From a virus (lineage: Duplodnaviria; Heunggongvirae; Uroviricota; Caudoviricetes), in the IMG/VR virus record IMGVR_UViG_3300037851_000345, positions 124,067 to 188,066 of that record: DNA of 64,000 nucleotides; one strand, written 5' to 3'. The notes under the pieces were generated by a model. It was not told the DNA's origin. It saw nothing but the letters and a program-made list of their open reading frames with translations, and did no database searches. Positions 1 through 10,345 of this stretch are shown here, one piece after another. Position 1 is the first letter of the stretch, and the number at the start of each line of letters is the position of its first letter. Made by a program: the position numbers and the translations under genes.

Positions 1-340
1 TATATGATGAAAATAATAGGGAAAAGAAAAAATTATACTCAAAAATTTGGTATCAAAAAATAATGTAAAAAATATCGACAAAATAATACAGAAATAACAA
101 ATCAATATTTTTACAAACGGAAAAAACAGATATTAATTATAAACTTATTCGTAATTTAAGAAATTAGAAGGAGAATTAGGGTATTCACGAGTGGCATATC
201 AACCACATTCAACCTTTGAATTCTTTTAACCTAACGAACAGAGAAGAATTCCTAAAAGCCTGTAACTACACAAATCTTCAGCCTTTGTGGGCTGAAGAGA
301 ATTGGAAGAAAAATGATAAATCTCATAAATAGAGTAGAGA

Positions 341-1879
341 ATGGTGAAGTCAAAAGGAAGGAAGAAAAAATTCATGCCTTATTATCAAAGTGCTACAGGA
401 AAAGAAATTATTATCAAGTTAGGTAAAAACAAAAAAGAATTAAAAATTCCCATTTCCCCTGAGTTTTTTACCCAAGATAACCTAGACCTTATATTTCCCA
501 AGCACATCAAAAGAATAGATAGTGTCGATGACATCGTACGCAGGGAAATGATGAGGCAAATACCCCAATTCTTTCCAGAGCGATTTCTACAGGAATTCAT
601 TCCCACGGGAAGTTGGAAAGGGCAACGATGTTTCATTATCGGCGGCGGGCCATCTCTAACGGGTTTCAATTTTTCACAACTCCGCTACGAGAAGGTCATT
701 GCCATCAACAAGTCTTTCGTAGCCGCCCCCTTTGCTGAAATAGCCTTCGCTATCGATAGGCAGTTCCAAGATTGGGTAACAAATCCTGACAAGGGTGGTG
801 GTGTGATGGAAGAGGCTCAGAAAAAATGGGGAAATTTTGAAGGACACAAAGTATGGCTTAAAATCCCTGGGGAGATTTACCAAAGCGATATCGAGTTTGT
901 CCGGCTAGCTGGCCACGAAGGAATCAGTCAGTCTTTGGAAGAAGGAGTTTTTGACGGTTCCAATTCAGGCTATGCCGCAATCAATCTTGCCATTACCCTA
1001 GGCGCAAACCCAATTTACCTTTTGGGTTACGACATGAAGCATGATAAGGAAGGAAACTCCCATTTTCACGGCGGCTATCCTAAGCCCCAAGTTGAAAAGC
1101 AACTTGAAATGTTCGCAAGGAAATTTCCTGCTTTGGCAAAACAGGCCAAGGAAAAAGGCATCCAGATCATCAACTTAAACAAAGACTCCGCTCTAGAGTG
1201 TTTTGAGTTCGGAGACCTTCCTAAACTTAACAAAAATGAGTACACGAAGAAATGGATCGTTATCTCATTTTATACGAAGGGGACAAGTTACGAACAGGAA
1301 ATTGAAAAGTTAAGAGAATCCTTAGAAGAGTTCAAGGTTGATTACCATTTCTTCCCATTCGTCCCGCAGGGGACGTGGCGGAAAAATCTAAACTACAAAT
1401 CTGAATGTATCTTGAAGGCTTTCGATATGTTCCCAAATCAGGATATTGTTTTTATTGATGCAGATGGAATTATGCGGCAATATCCAATCCTGTTCAATGT
1501 CCTTTCCCGCCAAAAATATTTTGACGTAGCCGCATCATTCCGAAAATACTCACCGCGCTCAGGGGACGCTAACGAATTGCTATCAGGGACGTTATGGTTC
1601 CCTAACAATGAGCGGGGAAGAAACCTAGTTAGGAAATGGCACGAAGTTGGCTTACAGAGAGAAGACATCAGACACCAACAATGCCTGAGAATGGCAATAG
1701 AGCAATTGCAAGATAGCGGGACTGAAGTGAGGGTCTGTCGAATGCCATTTGAATACACTTATGTTTTCGACTACTCCTACCCTACAAAAAAAAAACCGAT
1801 AATCGAGCATTTTCAGGCATCAAGACGCTTTCGCAAGGAAGTGGGGTTTGGAACAACTCTGAAATGGGAGACAAAATGA
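341..1879 (+). CDS. putative two-domain glycosyltransferase (Maf/DUF115-like GxGPSL motif domain + nucleotide-sugar transferase-like C-domain)
   Basis: 512 aa ORF. The IIGGGPSL motif is typical of Maf/DUF115 family proteins. The C-terminal half has a DADG-containing Rossmann-like segment. Confidence 0.4.
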   Translation: MVKSKGRKKKFMPYYQSATGKEIIIKLGKNKKELKIPISPEFFTQDNLDLIFPKHIKRIDSVDDIVRREMMRQIPQFFPERFLQEFIPTGSWKGQRCFIIGGGPSLTGFNFSQLRYEKVIAINKSFVAAPFAEIAFAIDRQFQDWVTNPDKGGGVMEEAQKKWGNFEGHKVWLKIPGEIYQSDIEFVRLAGHEGISQSLEEGVFDGSNSGYAAINLAITLGANPIYLLGYDMKHDKEGNSHFHGGYPKPQVEKQLEMFARKFPALAKQAKEKGIQIINLNKDSALECFEFGDLPKLNKNEYTKKWIVISFYTKGTSYEQEIEKLRESLEEFKVDYHFFPFVPQGTWRKNLNYKSECILKAFDMFPNQDIVFIDADGIMRQYPILFNVLSRQKYFDVAASFRKYSPRSGDANELLSGTLWFPNNERGRNLVRKWHEVGLQREDIRHQQCLRMAIEQLQDSGTEVRVCRMPFEYTYVFDYSYPTKKKPIIEHFQASRRFRKEVGFGTTLKWETK

Positions 1880-2523
1880 ACGTATCGATAGTTGTTGTAA
1901 CCTATCGCCGCCTACAAGATATGGAATTGATTCTGAGTGGTTGGTTGAAGGAGACTCCTGATGTGTGGCTTTGCGACTGTAGCAAAGAGGGATTTAAGAC
2001 AAATCTTCCCATAAAAATTATCAGGGCAATCCCCGACCCAGGAAGTAAAATCCGACATGCCGTTGCAATGATGACGGATGGGGACTTGGTTATCAAGGCC
2101 GATGATGATATCGTCCCGCAATCAGGAATTGTCGCTGACTTTATTCAAGCCCATCAGCAAGTTGATGGCATTACAGGCATCCACGCACGAATGTTTAACG
2201 GTGAAGATTATTACAGGCAAACCAAATTGGTTCATCGCCCTCTTCCTGGCCAACAACCTATCCGAGTTGATTTTCTAGGCATCATCACCTGTGCCCCACG
2301 CAAATATTTGGCAATGGATCTGAAAGGATGTGAGTCTCCTGTGGAAGATTTGTTTTGGCACAATTGGGCATACCCAACCGCAGCGAAATACATCATCTCG
2401 ACCACCAAGTACACCAAATTACAGTCGAGTAAAGACCCGCAACGTCTTTGCGGTAATCCAGAGGCTCGTATAGTGCGACGAGCATTTTACAAAAAATGTT
2501 ACGAGAGGTTCTACAAAAAATGA
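1864..2523 (+). CDS. family 2 (GT-A fold) glycosyltransferase
   Basis: The N-terminal VSIVVVTYRR and a DDD motif match the GT2 signature. Start overlaps the upstream stop. Confidence 0.6.
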   Translation: MGDKMNVSIVVVTYRRLQDMELILSGWLKETPDVWLCDCSKEGFKTNLPIKIIRAIPDPGSKIRHAVAMMTDGDLVIKADDDIVPQSGIVADFIQAHQQVDGITGIHARMFNGEDYYRQTKLVHRPLPGQQPIRVDFLGIITCAPRKYLAMDLKGCESPVEDLFWHNWAYPTAAKYIISTTKYTKLQSSKDPQRLCGNPEARIVRRAFYKKCYERFYKK

Positions 2524-3224
2524 ACAGGAAATTAGTCTTTTGGACAGCATTTAACTCATATCAATCTTCAAAACTTTTACGAGGTAAACCTGAAGGAACT
2601 CCGCATCCCTGCACAACAGATACTTGGATTAACTCCCGAATTGCTCTGTTTAAATGGTTCAACTTACCAAGTATCCTACAACAGAAGTACGATGATTTTC
2701 TTTACATCGTCCTAATGGACCCGAAATCAAAAGAAAAGGTTGACGGGCTGATGCCGAAAGAGGATTCCCGTGTCCTCTACGTATACGAAGACAGCGAAGT
2801 ATTAGATAAACTGAAATCATACGATGAAATCGTCTATGCCTTAATCGATTCAGATGATATGTACTCCATCGATGCTGGCGAAATAATGATGGCTGAAAAG
2901 AATAAAGAATGGATGTATTTTAAATACGGATACGCCTACGATATCCTAAACAAAAAATTATATGGCTACGACACGATAGGTTCTGGACCATTTTTTGCCC
3001 ATCGCTTTAACCCTAAAAATATGAAGCATTTTGACAGGGAAAAACGCCATCCTACACACCCTGCGGTCATCAACTTTAAACCACAACAATTACCTGATAA
3101 TAATTTCTGTGTTTCAATTCACGATATCAATACATCAAGCCGTATTGGGATGAGATATATTCTAAGAAAAGAAGAAAAGAACGTGAATATTTTGAAAGAG
3201 AGGTTTGGATATGAAAATAAATAA
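2496..3224 (+). CDS. hypothetical protein (glycan cluster)
   Basis: 242 aa ORF co-directional and overlapping its neighbours; no recognisable motif. Confidence 0.4.
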   Translation: MLREVLQKMNRKLVFWTAFNSYQSSKLLRGKPEGTPHPCTTDTWINSRIALFKWFNLPSILQQKYDDFLYIVLMDPKSKEKVDGLMPKEDSRVLYVYEDSEVLDKLKSYDEIVYALIDSDDMYSIDAGEIMMAEKNKEWMYFKYGYAYDILNKKLYGYDTIGSGPFFAHRFNPKNMKHFDREKRHPTHPAVINFKPQQLPDNNFCVSIHDINTSSRIGMRYILRKEEKNVNILKERFGYENK

Positions 3225-4140
3225 AGTATTGATTTTATCAGAATTAAAATCAAGAAAACGAAGAGAAATTCCCAATGCTTTCCGTATTTATAAAGCATTT
3301 CAATTTCTAGGATATGAAACCACTTTTCTGAATCACTCTGAATTTACCATTCAATCAATTAAAAATTTTGACCTAATACTTTCCTTTGCTACGTTATTCG
3401 CTCCTGCCAATATCCAACAAGCAAAAATACTATTTGATAATAAATCAGTTAGTTCCCACTTAGCCTTGTGGTATTTTGACTTGTGTAATCCGAACTACGA
3501 TTCTAGAAAATTTGAAACCATAAAAAGGTCGTTGCTGTATGTAGATTGGCTTTTCACAACAGACCATTCTTATCCTTGGGAAAACCACATCCAAAACTAT
3601 CGACATTTAATGCAAGGAGTTGAACCCAATGATTTTGATTACAATATTCAGCCTACTGAACTTAGAAAAAGTGAAGTGGTCTTCACAGGAGCCTTTAATC
3701 ACAAATTTCCAGAAAGAATGAGACAGTTAGAACTTTTGAAATTAAACTTTTCAGTAGACGTATATGGTATACCAGCAAGTACTCGTATATATGGTCGTGA
3801 TTTTTTTGAAGCATATCAAAAGGCAAAAATAGGATTTGTACCCGCTCCATCGGCAGAAATGTCAAATAATTATTGGTCGAACAGGGTCTACGTGGCAACC
3901 GCAACAGGGACACCATGCGTAGTCGGATATGTCAAGGGATTGGAAAAACATTTTGAAAACAATAAGGAAGTCCTCTTTTATAATTCCGATGATGAGTTGA
4001 TAGATTGTGTCAGAAGATTACTCGCATCCCCTGAGTTGCGCAATTCGATAGGGCTAGCGGGCAGAATAAGAACCCTTACAGAACACACTTACGCTGAACG
4101 AGTAAAATATTTGGTTAAAGAAATAGAATCAGGAGAATAA
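3205..4140 (+). CDS. GT1/GT4-like glycosyltransferase
   Basis: C-terminal region resembles the GT-B fold nucleotide-sugar binding half of GT4 enzymes. Confidence 0.45.
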   Translation: MDMKINKVLILSELKSRKRREIPNAFRIYKAFQFLGYETTFLNHSEFTIQSIKNFDLILSFATLFAPANIQQAKILFDNKSVSSHLALWYFDLCNPNYDSRKFETIKRSLLYVDWLFTTDHSYPWENHIQNYRHLMQGVEPNDFDYNIQPTELRKSEVVFTGAFNHKFPERMRQLELLKLNFSVDVYGIPASTRIYGRDFFEAYQKAKIGFVPAPSAEMSNNYWSNRVYVATATGTPCVVGYVKGLEKHFENNKEVLFYNSDDELIDCVRRLLASPELRNSIGLAGRIRTLTEHTYAERVKYLVKEIESGE

Positions 4141-4141
4141 A

Positions 4142-4684
4142 ATGACAGCAGAAGAATATCTAGAAGGTCATTGGCTCAAAAAGCCACAAATTTACGATTA
4201 CAATATCAACAACAAAAACCACCACTACGAAAGGTTTAAAAATTGTACTAGCAGTTTAGTGGGTACAAAATTTATAGACGTAGGTTGTGCCTGCGGTCAT
4301 TCCACAAATATGCTTAAACAATTGAAAGATGGCGAATGGTCGGGTTTGGATTTTTACAAACCCGTTATCGAGAGAGCCAAGCAGAATTTTCCTGATATCT
4401 ATTTTTACTACTCTCCCGATTATAACTACAAAGAAATGGTGGGGCAGTATGACTCTGTAGTGTGTTCTGAGGTAATTGAACACATTCCCGATGATAAACT
4501 ATTCATCGAAAAGGTTATCGAAATAGCAAAGCAAAAAGTGATATTCACCACCCCCAACAAAGAGGTAGGCGACCCCGGCCATCTCCGACTTCACACCTTG
4601 GAATCTCTTTATGACCTTTTCGTAAAATATAATAGAAAAATAATATCCAAAGGTATATTTTTCTACATCACAATAACCAAATGA
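4142..4684 (+). CDS. class I SAM-dependent methyltransferase
   Basis: IDVGCACGHST matches SAM-binding motif I; VVCSEVIEHIPDD matches the post-I/II motifs. SD aggagaataaa lies upstream. Confidence 0.6.
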   Translation: MTAEEYLEGHWLKKPQIYDYNINNKNHHYERFKNCTSSLVGTKFIDVGCACGHSTNMLKQLKDGEWSGLDFYKPVIERAKQNFPDIYFYYSPDYNYKEMVGQYDSVVCSEVIEHIPDDKLFIEKVIEIAKQKVIFTTPNKEVGDPGHLRLHTLESLYDLFVKYNRKIISKGIFFYITITK

Positions 4685-5283
4685 TACACGCCATCGGAGA
4701 TAGCCACGCGGGGTCTTTTGAAAAAGTACCAAATTGCCAAATGTGGAGTACCAACCAACTCACGCTAGGTAAGGCTAGTCAAATAGAAGATACAGTCATT
4801 CCTCCAATTATCAAAAAGATGAAATTAACCAAAAATGATTTTGTCATTTTTTGTTTCGGTGAAATTGATATCAGGTGTTATGTCAAACCAACAGTAGAAC
4901 ATAGAAAATCTATCACTTTAGATGTCTTATTAGAAACTTGGGCAAAGAATTATTGCCACCGTATTTCTCTTCTTGATTTGAATAATGCTGGAATAGTAAT
5001 AATGAGCATCGTGCCGCCGAGCAGAAAAGTGAACCTCGGCTCATTCAAATGGCCTGTAGGTGGAAATGGAAAAGAACGGGCATTATACACCAAAACAATA
5101 AATCAATATTTGAAGAAAGAATGTGAAACGAGGAAATGGCTTTATCTAGATGTGTATTCTTATTACGTTGACGATGAAGGGATGTTGCCTTTGGATAAAA
5201 CAGACGATACAGTACACATCATTGACAAAGAACCCATAGCAATATTAATAAAGGAGTTATTATGTTGTCGAGACCAAATTTAA
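4681..5283 (+). CDS. SGNH/GDSL-like hydrolase
   Basis: N-terminal AIGDSHAG matches the GDS(L/H) block I with a nucleophilic Ser. Start overlaps upstream stop (ATGA). Confidence 0.4.
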   Translation: MIHAIGDSHAGSFEKVPNCQMWSTNQLTLGKASQIEDTVIPPIIKKMKLTKNDFVIFCFGEIDIRCYVKPTVEHRKSITLDVLLETWAKNYCHRISLLDLNNAGIVIMSIVPPSRKVNLGSFKWPVGGNGKERALYTKTINQYLKKECETRKWLYLDVYSYYVDDEGMLPLDKTDDTVHIIDKEPIAILIKELLCCRDQI

Positions 5284-6044
5284 ACCGGCAGTTCCCCTGT
5301 AAGATTAACAGGGAAACCCTGACCCAAGAAATAATAAATACACTTCCAAAATTTCTTATAATAGGAGCAGCCAAGTGTGGCACGACTAGTTTATGCGATA
5401 ATCTAAACCAACACTCTAAACTCTCTTTAGCATCTCTGAAAGAACCAAATTTTTTCGCAGGACAACGACATTATAGAATCGGTATTAATTGGTACATTAA
5501 CTTGTGGAAAAATACACCCAAAGAAAATTTGAAATTTGAAGGGTCAACTCTTACCATATTTGCACCCTGTCACGAAAGAATCAAAGGTCTAATTCCCGAT
5601 GTAAAAGCCATCTTGATGTTAAGAAACCCCGTAACAAGAGCATGGAGCCATTACGTCCCACGCTATGCTTTACCACCTTACAATTATCCGCTTTCTGTTT
5701 TAACAGACCCAAATTCGTCCGTCATCAATAGAGGAATTTATTTGTATCAAATAAAAAAATGGCATGAATATTTTCCAAAGGAAAATTTACTTATCATCCG
5801 AAGCGAAGATTATTTTGCAAATGAACTAGACATAATTAAAACAGTTGATAAGTTTCTTGGTGTGAATTATGAACCGCCTATGGAAATATCAAAACGAGAC
5901 CCGTGGAAAGAAGTCAAAGATAAAGTAGGGTATCCCCCGATTCCAAAGAATATTGAGAGATGGCTTTACGAATTTTATAAACCCCATAATGAAGCCCTAG
6001 AAGAATATTTGAACAGAAGTTTTAGATGGAATAAAGAGGTATAA
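5262..6044 (+). CDS. sulfotransferase
   Basis: IIGAAKCGTTSL matches the 5'-PSB PAPS-binding loop and LRNPVTRAWSHY the 3'-PB motif. Confidence 0.65.
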   Translation: MLSRPNLNRQFPCKINRETLTQEIINTLPKFLIIGAAKCGTTSLCDNLNQHSKLSLASLKEPNFFAGQRHYRIGINWYINLWKNTPKENLKFEGSTLTIFAPCHERIKGLIPDVKAILMLRNPVTRAWSHYVPRYALPPYNYPLSVLTDPNSSVINRGIYLYQIKKWHEYFPKENLLIIRSEDYFANELDIIKTVDKFLGVNYEPPMEISKRDPWKEVKDKVGYPPIPKNIERWLYEFYKPHNEALEEYLNRSFRWNKEV

Positions 6045-6530
6045 ATGCATCCATTAAGTATGGAAAACATGGTTTACAATTTGAACACGTATGCTTCCAA
6101 CGTGCCCCTCGGTTCTTACGTAGCCGACATCGGCTCACAGGATATTAATGGTAGTTACAAACCAATCGTTGAACCACGATGGCGTTACCACGGCTTTGAT
6201 GTTCAGGTGGGGAAGAATGTAGATGTAATAATGCCAGGAGAGTTCGACACAGGACTACCTGACAACACCGCCGATATCGTTCTAAGCGGACAATGCCTAG
6301 AACATTGTACCAACCCCTTCAAACTAGCTACCGAAATCATCAGGATAGCCAAATCCAAAGGATTGCTTTTTATCACAGCCCCTTTCAGCGTCCACGAGCA
6401 TCGCTACCCCATTGACTGTTGGCGATTCCTTCCTGACGGGATGAAACTGCTCTTCCCTGAGCCTCTCGTTACCTGTATCACGTCCTACCTAGTTGGGCCA
6501 GATTGTTGGTTCGTTGGACAAAAACACTAA
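6045..6530 (+). CDS. SAM-dependent methyltransferase (FkbM-like)
   Basis: VADIGSQDINGSY is a glycine-rich SAM loop and CLEHCTNPF is a typical downstream motif. Confidence 0.45.
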   Translation: MHPLSMENMVYNLNTYASNVPLGSYVADIGSQDINGSYKPIVEPRWRYHGFDVQVGKNVDVIMPGEFDTGLPDNTADIVLSGQCLEHCTNPFKLATEIIRIAKSKGLLFITAPFSVHEHRYPIDCWRFLPDGMKLLFPEPLVTCITSYLVGPDCWFVGQKH

Positions 6531-6548
6531 ATAGTTTTTGTAACACCT

Positions 6549-6559
6549 TGTGTTATAAT
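6549..6559 (+). promoter_or_regulatory. extended -10 promoter element TGTGTTATAAT
   Basis: 20 nt upstream of SD and the 6579 gene; same motif as at 22360. Confidence 0.45.
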
Positions 6560-6578
6560 AGATATTGGAGGAAAGAAA

Positions 6579-6956
6579 ATGAATATCTACACCGACAACG
6601 TGGAATTTTTCCAAAAACTTATCCACGTATCAAAACAAAAACTTCAGAAGAAGTACGGTTGTATTGCGAACTGCTCAGAAATGAGAGAGTACACTACATT
6701 AGTGTACTACGACAAGGTGAAGAAGGTTGCCCGTTTCGAAGTGGCAATCACTCATCCGAAGTTGGACAGGTTCAGCCGTAAGGAAGGTCGTGAGGAAGTT
6801 CTTCGCCACCTTGGAAACGAAAAACCGTTCATGCTCGTGGACATTGGTGAAATTGTAAAAGACCTTACTCCTGAGTTTGAGAAGAAAATCGTTTCTCACC
6901 TTTTGAGTGATTTCACACACGAAATCATTCCGAGAAAACTCTTCGGTAAAAAGTAA
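6579..6956 (+). CDS. hypothetical protein
   Basis: 125 aa ORF preceded by an extended -10 promoter (tgtgttataat) and SD ggaggaaag. Confidence 0.45.
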   Translation: MNIYTDNVEFFQKLIHVSKQKLQKKYGCIANCSEMREYTTLVYYDKVKKVARFEVAITHPKLDRFSRKEGREEVLRHLGNEKPFMLVDIGEIVKDLTPEFEKKIVSHLLSDFTHEIIPRKLFGKK

Positions 6957-6958
6957 AC

Positions 6959-8026
6959 TTGCAAAAACCAAAACTTGTTTATCTGATAGACCATATCTAC
7001 GATGATTTGGCACTTGAACAAGTGTGTCACGTCCACAACAAGGATTGGCTTAGTGAGTACTTTAACATCCTGTTTATCGTCAGGACGTTAAACCCCACCT
7101 TTGTCAAGAAACGAGCGGGGTTTAGTATTAAGGCATTTAACAGGAACATACCTTATGAGGAGATACGGGGTGAAATCGAAAGATTCAGCCCCGATATCAT
7201 CCAACTTTTCGGACCTTTGTTTCTTGGAGAGGCAAGGCGATTCGTCCAAGATTTCCACGGACGATGTAAGATTATTCAACGTTACGCAGGGGCTTACCCT
7301 GACGGATACGGTGGAGACTTCGTGGATTACCTTGTAATTGATGATGTTCACGCCCCCGCCTTTCAACACATTCCACCTGAAAAAAGAGTAGTTGCTAGGA
7401 TTTGCTCTGACTTAAATATCTACAGGCCGCTTCCCGAAGTGGAAAAGGTCTATGATGGCATTCAGGTCGGCGGCTTTTACTGCCGTAAGGGGCAAGACAT
7501 ACTTGTGAGAACCTTCGCAAAAGAACCTGTGCGCCTTCTGTTCATCGGGGCGCAAAAGTCCAACGAAGGAATTTACACGGACGAGTACCTGTACACCAAA
7601 CAACTTTACGAACAGACAAAAGACAAGTTGAGTGTGGACTTTGTAGATTTTGTACACCCGACGGAACTGCCGCTGATTTACAACAAGGCCAAAATCTTCC
7701 TGTGGGGAGCGCACGAATCCTACGAAAACCCAATCACCCTGACAAACCGCTCAGTCGCAGAAGCCGTTGCCTGTGGCTTGCCGATTGTCGGCTTCAATAA
7801 AACGTTTCAAAAATCCAATTTTGTGCTTGACGGCGAAAACGCATTTTTAGTGGACAGCGAGAACGAGTTCAAACTCGTAGTCCTTTTCCTTTTAAACAAC
7901 GAAAAAATCAGGCAAAAGATGGCTAATCGTAGCCGTGAAATTGCCATGGAAATGCTCGACTTTCAAAAATGGCACAACGAGTTTTTCTTCAATCTTTACA
8001 AGAGGATTTTAGATGCCCCAAAATAA
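6959..8026 (+). CDS. GT1/GT4-like glycosyltransferase
   Basis: The C-terminal GLPIVGF...ENAFLV segment resembles the GT-B donor-binding domain. Confidence 0.5.
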   Translation: MQKPKLVYLIDHIYDDLALEQVCHVHNKDWLSEYFNILFIVRTLNPTFVKKRAGFSIKAFNRNIPYEEIRGEIERFSPDIIQLFGPLFLGEARRFVQDFHGRCKIIQRYAGAYPDGYGGDFVDYLVIDDVHAPAFQHIPPEKRVVARICSDLNIYRPLPEVEKVYDGIQVGGFYCRKGQDILVRTFAKEPVRLLFIGAQKSNEGIYTDEYLYTKQLYEQTKDKLSVDFVDFVHPTELPLIYNKAKIFLWGAHESYENPITLTNRSVAEAVACGLPIVGFNKTFQKSNFVLDGENAFLVDSENEFKLVVLFLLNNEKIRQKMANRSREIAMEMLDFQKWHNEFFFNLYKRILDAPK

Positions 8027-8597
8027 GACTTTCAAAATTGGCAAAATGGAATTGAATTATTTGGAACCTGACCCTAGCACAGAAAGGCGATTTGAAGTTC
8101 CCCTGTTGGCGCATTTCATCCAACGTACCGACAAAGAGAAATTTATTGAAGTAGGAGCGGTATCTTGTAAGTACTTGCTGACCTTTCATCAAATTTTTGA
8201 CCCTACGGATGATGCAGCAACAAAAGAGTTTGCCGAAAATTTGGATTACGTTGGGAAGAACGTGATGTCGGTTTCAACGATTGAACACATCGGCAAAGCA
8301 GAATATGGCCTTCGTGCCACTTCACCTTATCGGGCAATCACAACCCTGAATAAGATGCTAGAGGCAAAGACGTACTTGATTACTTGGCCTATAGGCTACA
8401 ATTTACTTCTTGACCACTACGCTACTACCGTGGTTACAAGATTAAATGACAAAAACATTCTTACTCTCAACCGAGATGACCACAACAATTGGAAAGTTAC
8501 GAATCCTAGAAGTTTTGACTTTAAATATGGCCAGCCTTACCCTCATGGAAACGCCATCATTGTAATCACAAACCTAGAAGAGCTTTTAACTAAATAA
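8013..8597 (+). CDS. hypothetical protein
   Basis: 194 aa ORF overlapping the upstream gene end. Confidence 0.4.
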   Translation: MPQNKTFKIGKMELNYLEPDPSTERRFEVPLLAHFIQRTDKEKFIEVGAVSCKYLLTFHQIFDPTDDAATKEFAENLDYVGKNVMSVSTIEHIGKAEYGLRATSPYRAITTLNKMLEAKTYLITWPIGYNLLLDHYATTVVTRLNDKNILTLNRDDHNNWKVTNPRSFDFKYGQPYPHGNAIIVITNLEELLTK

Positions 8598-8601
8598 TAG
8601 T

Positions 8602-9321
8602 ATGAAGTTTCTCTTGGTAGAACGCTACATTACCTTGATTGCTCCTAAACAGAAAGAAAAGTACAAAGATGTTGTGTGGGATATTCTACAAAAATCCTAC
8701 AAGGATATTGGCGGCTTTTGGACGCATAAAAACCCTGAAGAGTTGATTCAATTCACGAGCATTTGGAAACTTGCAAAGAAAAATGGAGAGATTGTGGCAG
8801 CGGCGATATATCGGGATAAATTCGGGCGCAAGTGCATAGGCCTAGGTTCGAACGGAACTTTTATCGGTATCGAAGCCCTGATGGGGATAATGGCCGAAGA
8901 CCAAAACCCAAAACTCCGCAGGGCATGGATTGAGATTTCTCCCCGCTTGGAAAGAATGTGGAAGAAAATCGGCGGCAACCGTTTGAACACAAACGTTATC
9001 AAGACCTCGATGCGCTCTGCAGATATCCGCCCTGTGGATGAGTACCGCTACGAGCGGCACATTGCAGGGGTCGAACCCCAAGTTAAAAGTGCGTGGGGAT
9101 GGCCTCAATTGTCGATGGAATCTACCAAGTTTAAAGTACTGACTAACCCTTCCTACGATTGGAAGAAACGCCGCAAACCCAAAGCCCCGAAGGCCGAAAG
9201 GTCAATTCCTGACGGAGATTTACCAATGCAAAAGGGTAAATCTTATACGCAAGCCCTTAAAGCCGAACACGAATATCATTACGAAGGGCGCCCGTATGGT
9301 GTGGAAACCCCTCACGTATAG
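8602..9321 (+). CDS. hypothetical protein, MKF-heptapeptide family (MKFLLVE)
   Basis: 239 aa ORF whose N-terminus matches the recurrent M-K-F-x-[IL]-x-E start. Confidence 0.45.
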   Translation: MKFLLVERYITLIAPKQKEKYKDVVWDILQKSYKDIGGFWTHKNPEELIQFTSIWKLAKKNGEIVAAAIYRDKFGRKCIGLGSNGTFIGIEALMGIMAEDQNPKLRRAWIEISPRLERMWKKIGGNRLNTNVIKTSMRSADIRPVDEYRYERHIAGVEPQVKSAWGWPQLSMESTKFKVLTNPSYDWKKRRKPKAPKAERSIPDGDLPMQKGKSYTQALKAEHEYHYEGRPYGVETPHV

Positions 9322-9380
9322 ACCCTTTCCAACCCTTGACATTCAATTCAAAGTATGATATAATAATTGTAGGTGAAAAA

Positions 9381-9755
9381 ATGAGACTTCCGAAATTCGC
9401 CATTGGCAACATGTTTTTTGTGACTTACAGTCAGCAGGACGCGGAACTATATCTTGGTGAAAATAAAAAGGACAATTGCGGAAATTATACCCACATTCCC
9501 GCTGTCGGGATTATACGAGAAATTAAAATTACTAAAAAAGATATCATTTATGTTGTGGAAGAACGTTTTAAAACTAATGAAAAAGTGTTGACAAGGACAA
9601 TTGAGCAAAACGAAAATGAGGTCGAGAAAGGTTTTAACTCAGTACATACATTAATAGAAAAATTGGGTATCATTTTTAATGGTGCATTTGCTGAACTTAC
9701 AAGGGAAATCAACAAGGAAAAACTGACTGAAATATTGAATGGCGGCAAAGAATGA
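9381..9755 (+). CDS. small protein, tandem paralog A (MRLPKFAIGN... family)
   Basis: Start trimmed to the Met aligning with paralogs at 9987 and 10346. Shared motifs are PKFxIG[DN]xFFV and a C-terminal EVNKxKLxxxLNGG. Confidence 0.45.
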   Translation: MRLPKFAIGNMFFVTYSQQDAELYLGENKKDNCGNYTHIPAVGIIREIKITKKDIIYVVEERFKTNEKVLTRTIEQNENEVEKGFNSVHTLIEKLGIIFNGAFAELTREINKEKLTEILNGGKE

Positions 9756-10006
9756 CAACTAGGGGTATGTTCTACAAATTTTTAATTTGGAAAGCCCTAC
9801 ACCCCGAACCACGACCAGGTGTGTGTTATTATTGTAGTGCTAGAAATATCCATAGATGTATTGTTACTAAAAATGGTCAATTTTTAGACACATTTGCTAC
9901 ATTCAGACCACTAACTGTTGGTCAAAATGGTTTGAGGAAAGTCAAAAAGATATTCCTGAAAAGAAAAGACAGAAGTTGGGAAAATAATGAGAGAACCGAA
10001 GTTTAA
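9752..10006 (+). CDS. hypothetical small protein
   Basis: 84 aa ORF between paralogs; Cys/His-containing. Confidence 0.3.
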   Translation: MTTRGMFYKFLIWKALHPEPRPGVCYYCSARNIHRCIVTKNGQFLDTFATFRPLTVGQNGLRKVKKIFLKRKDRSWENNERTEV

Positions 10007-10343
10007 GATTGGTGATACGTTTTTCGTTTCTAGCAAACCTAACCAAAACAATGTCCCTACGTTACACCTTTACCTTTTTGTCCATCAACCCTCTGTTTAC
10101 GTTATCACAGAGATACATCAGACCAAAAAAGAAATTTCCTACACTTTAAAATGCTATAGGAAAGAGGTCAAGAGCTTCTCAGTTACCGAATCTGAGATGA
10201 CTGAAGATGAACTAGTAAAAAAGAATTACGCCCGAACCCTCACAGAAAAAATGGAACAGATTCACAACGAAATTATCGAGGAGTACAACGAGTTGATTAA
10301 AGAAGTCAACAAGAAAAAACTGATCGATGTACTGAACGCCTAA
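9987..10343 (+). CDS. small protein, tandem paralog B
   Basis: Starts MREPKFKIGDTFFV and ends ...EVNKKKLIDVLNA. Confidence 0.5.
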   Translation: MREPKFKIGDTFFVSSKPNQNNVPTLHLYLFVHQPSVYVITEIHQTKKEISYTLKCYRKEVKSFSVTESEMTEDELVKKNYARTLTEKMEQIHNEIIEEYNELIKEVNKKKLIDVLNA

Positions 10344-10345
10344 CA

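Noticed and set aside
6503-6781. 92-aa ORF overlapping the 6579..6956 gene in another frame
   Set aside because: It has no SD. The 6579 frame has a promoter and an SD immediately upstream and is the better model.
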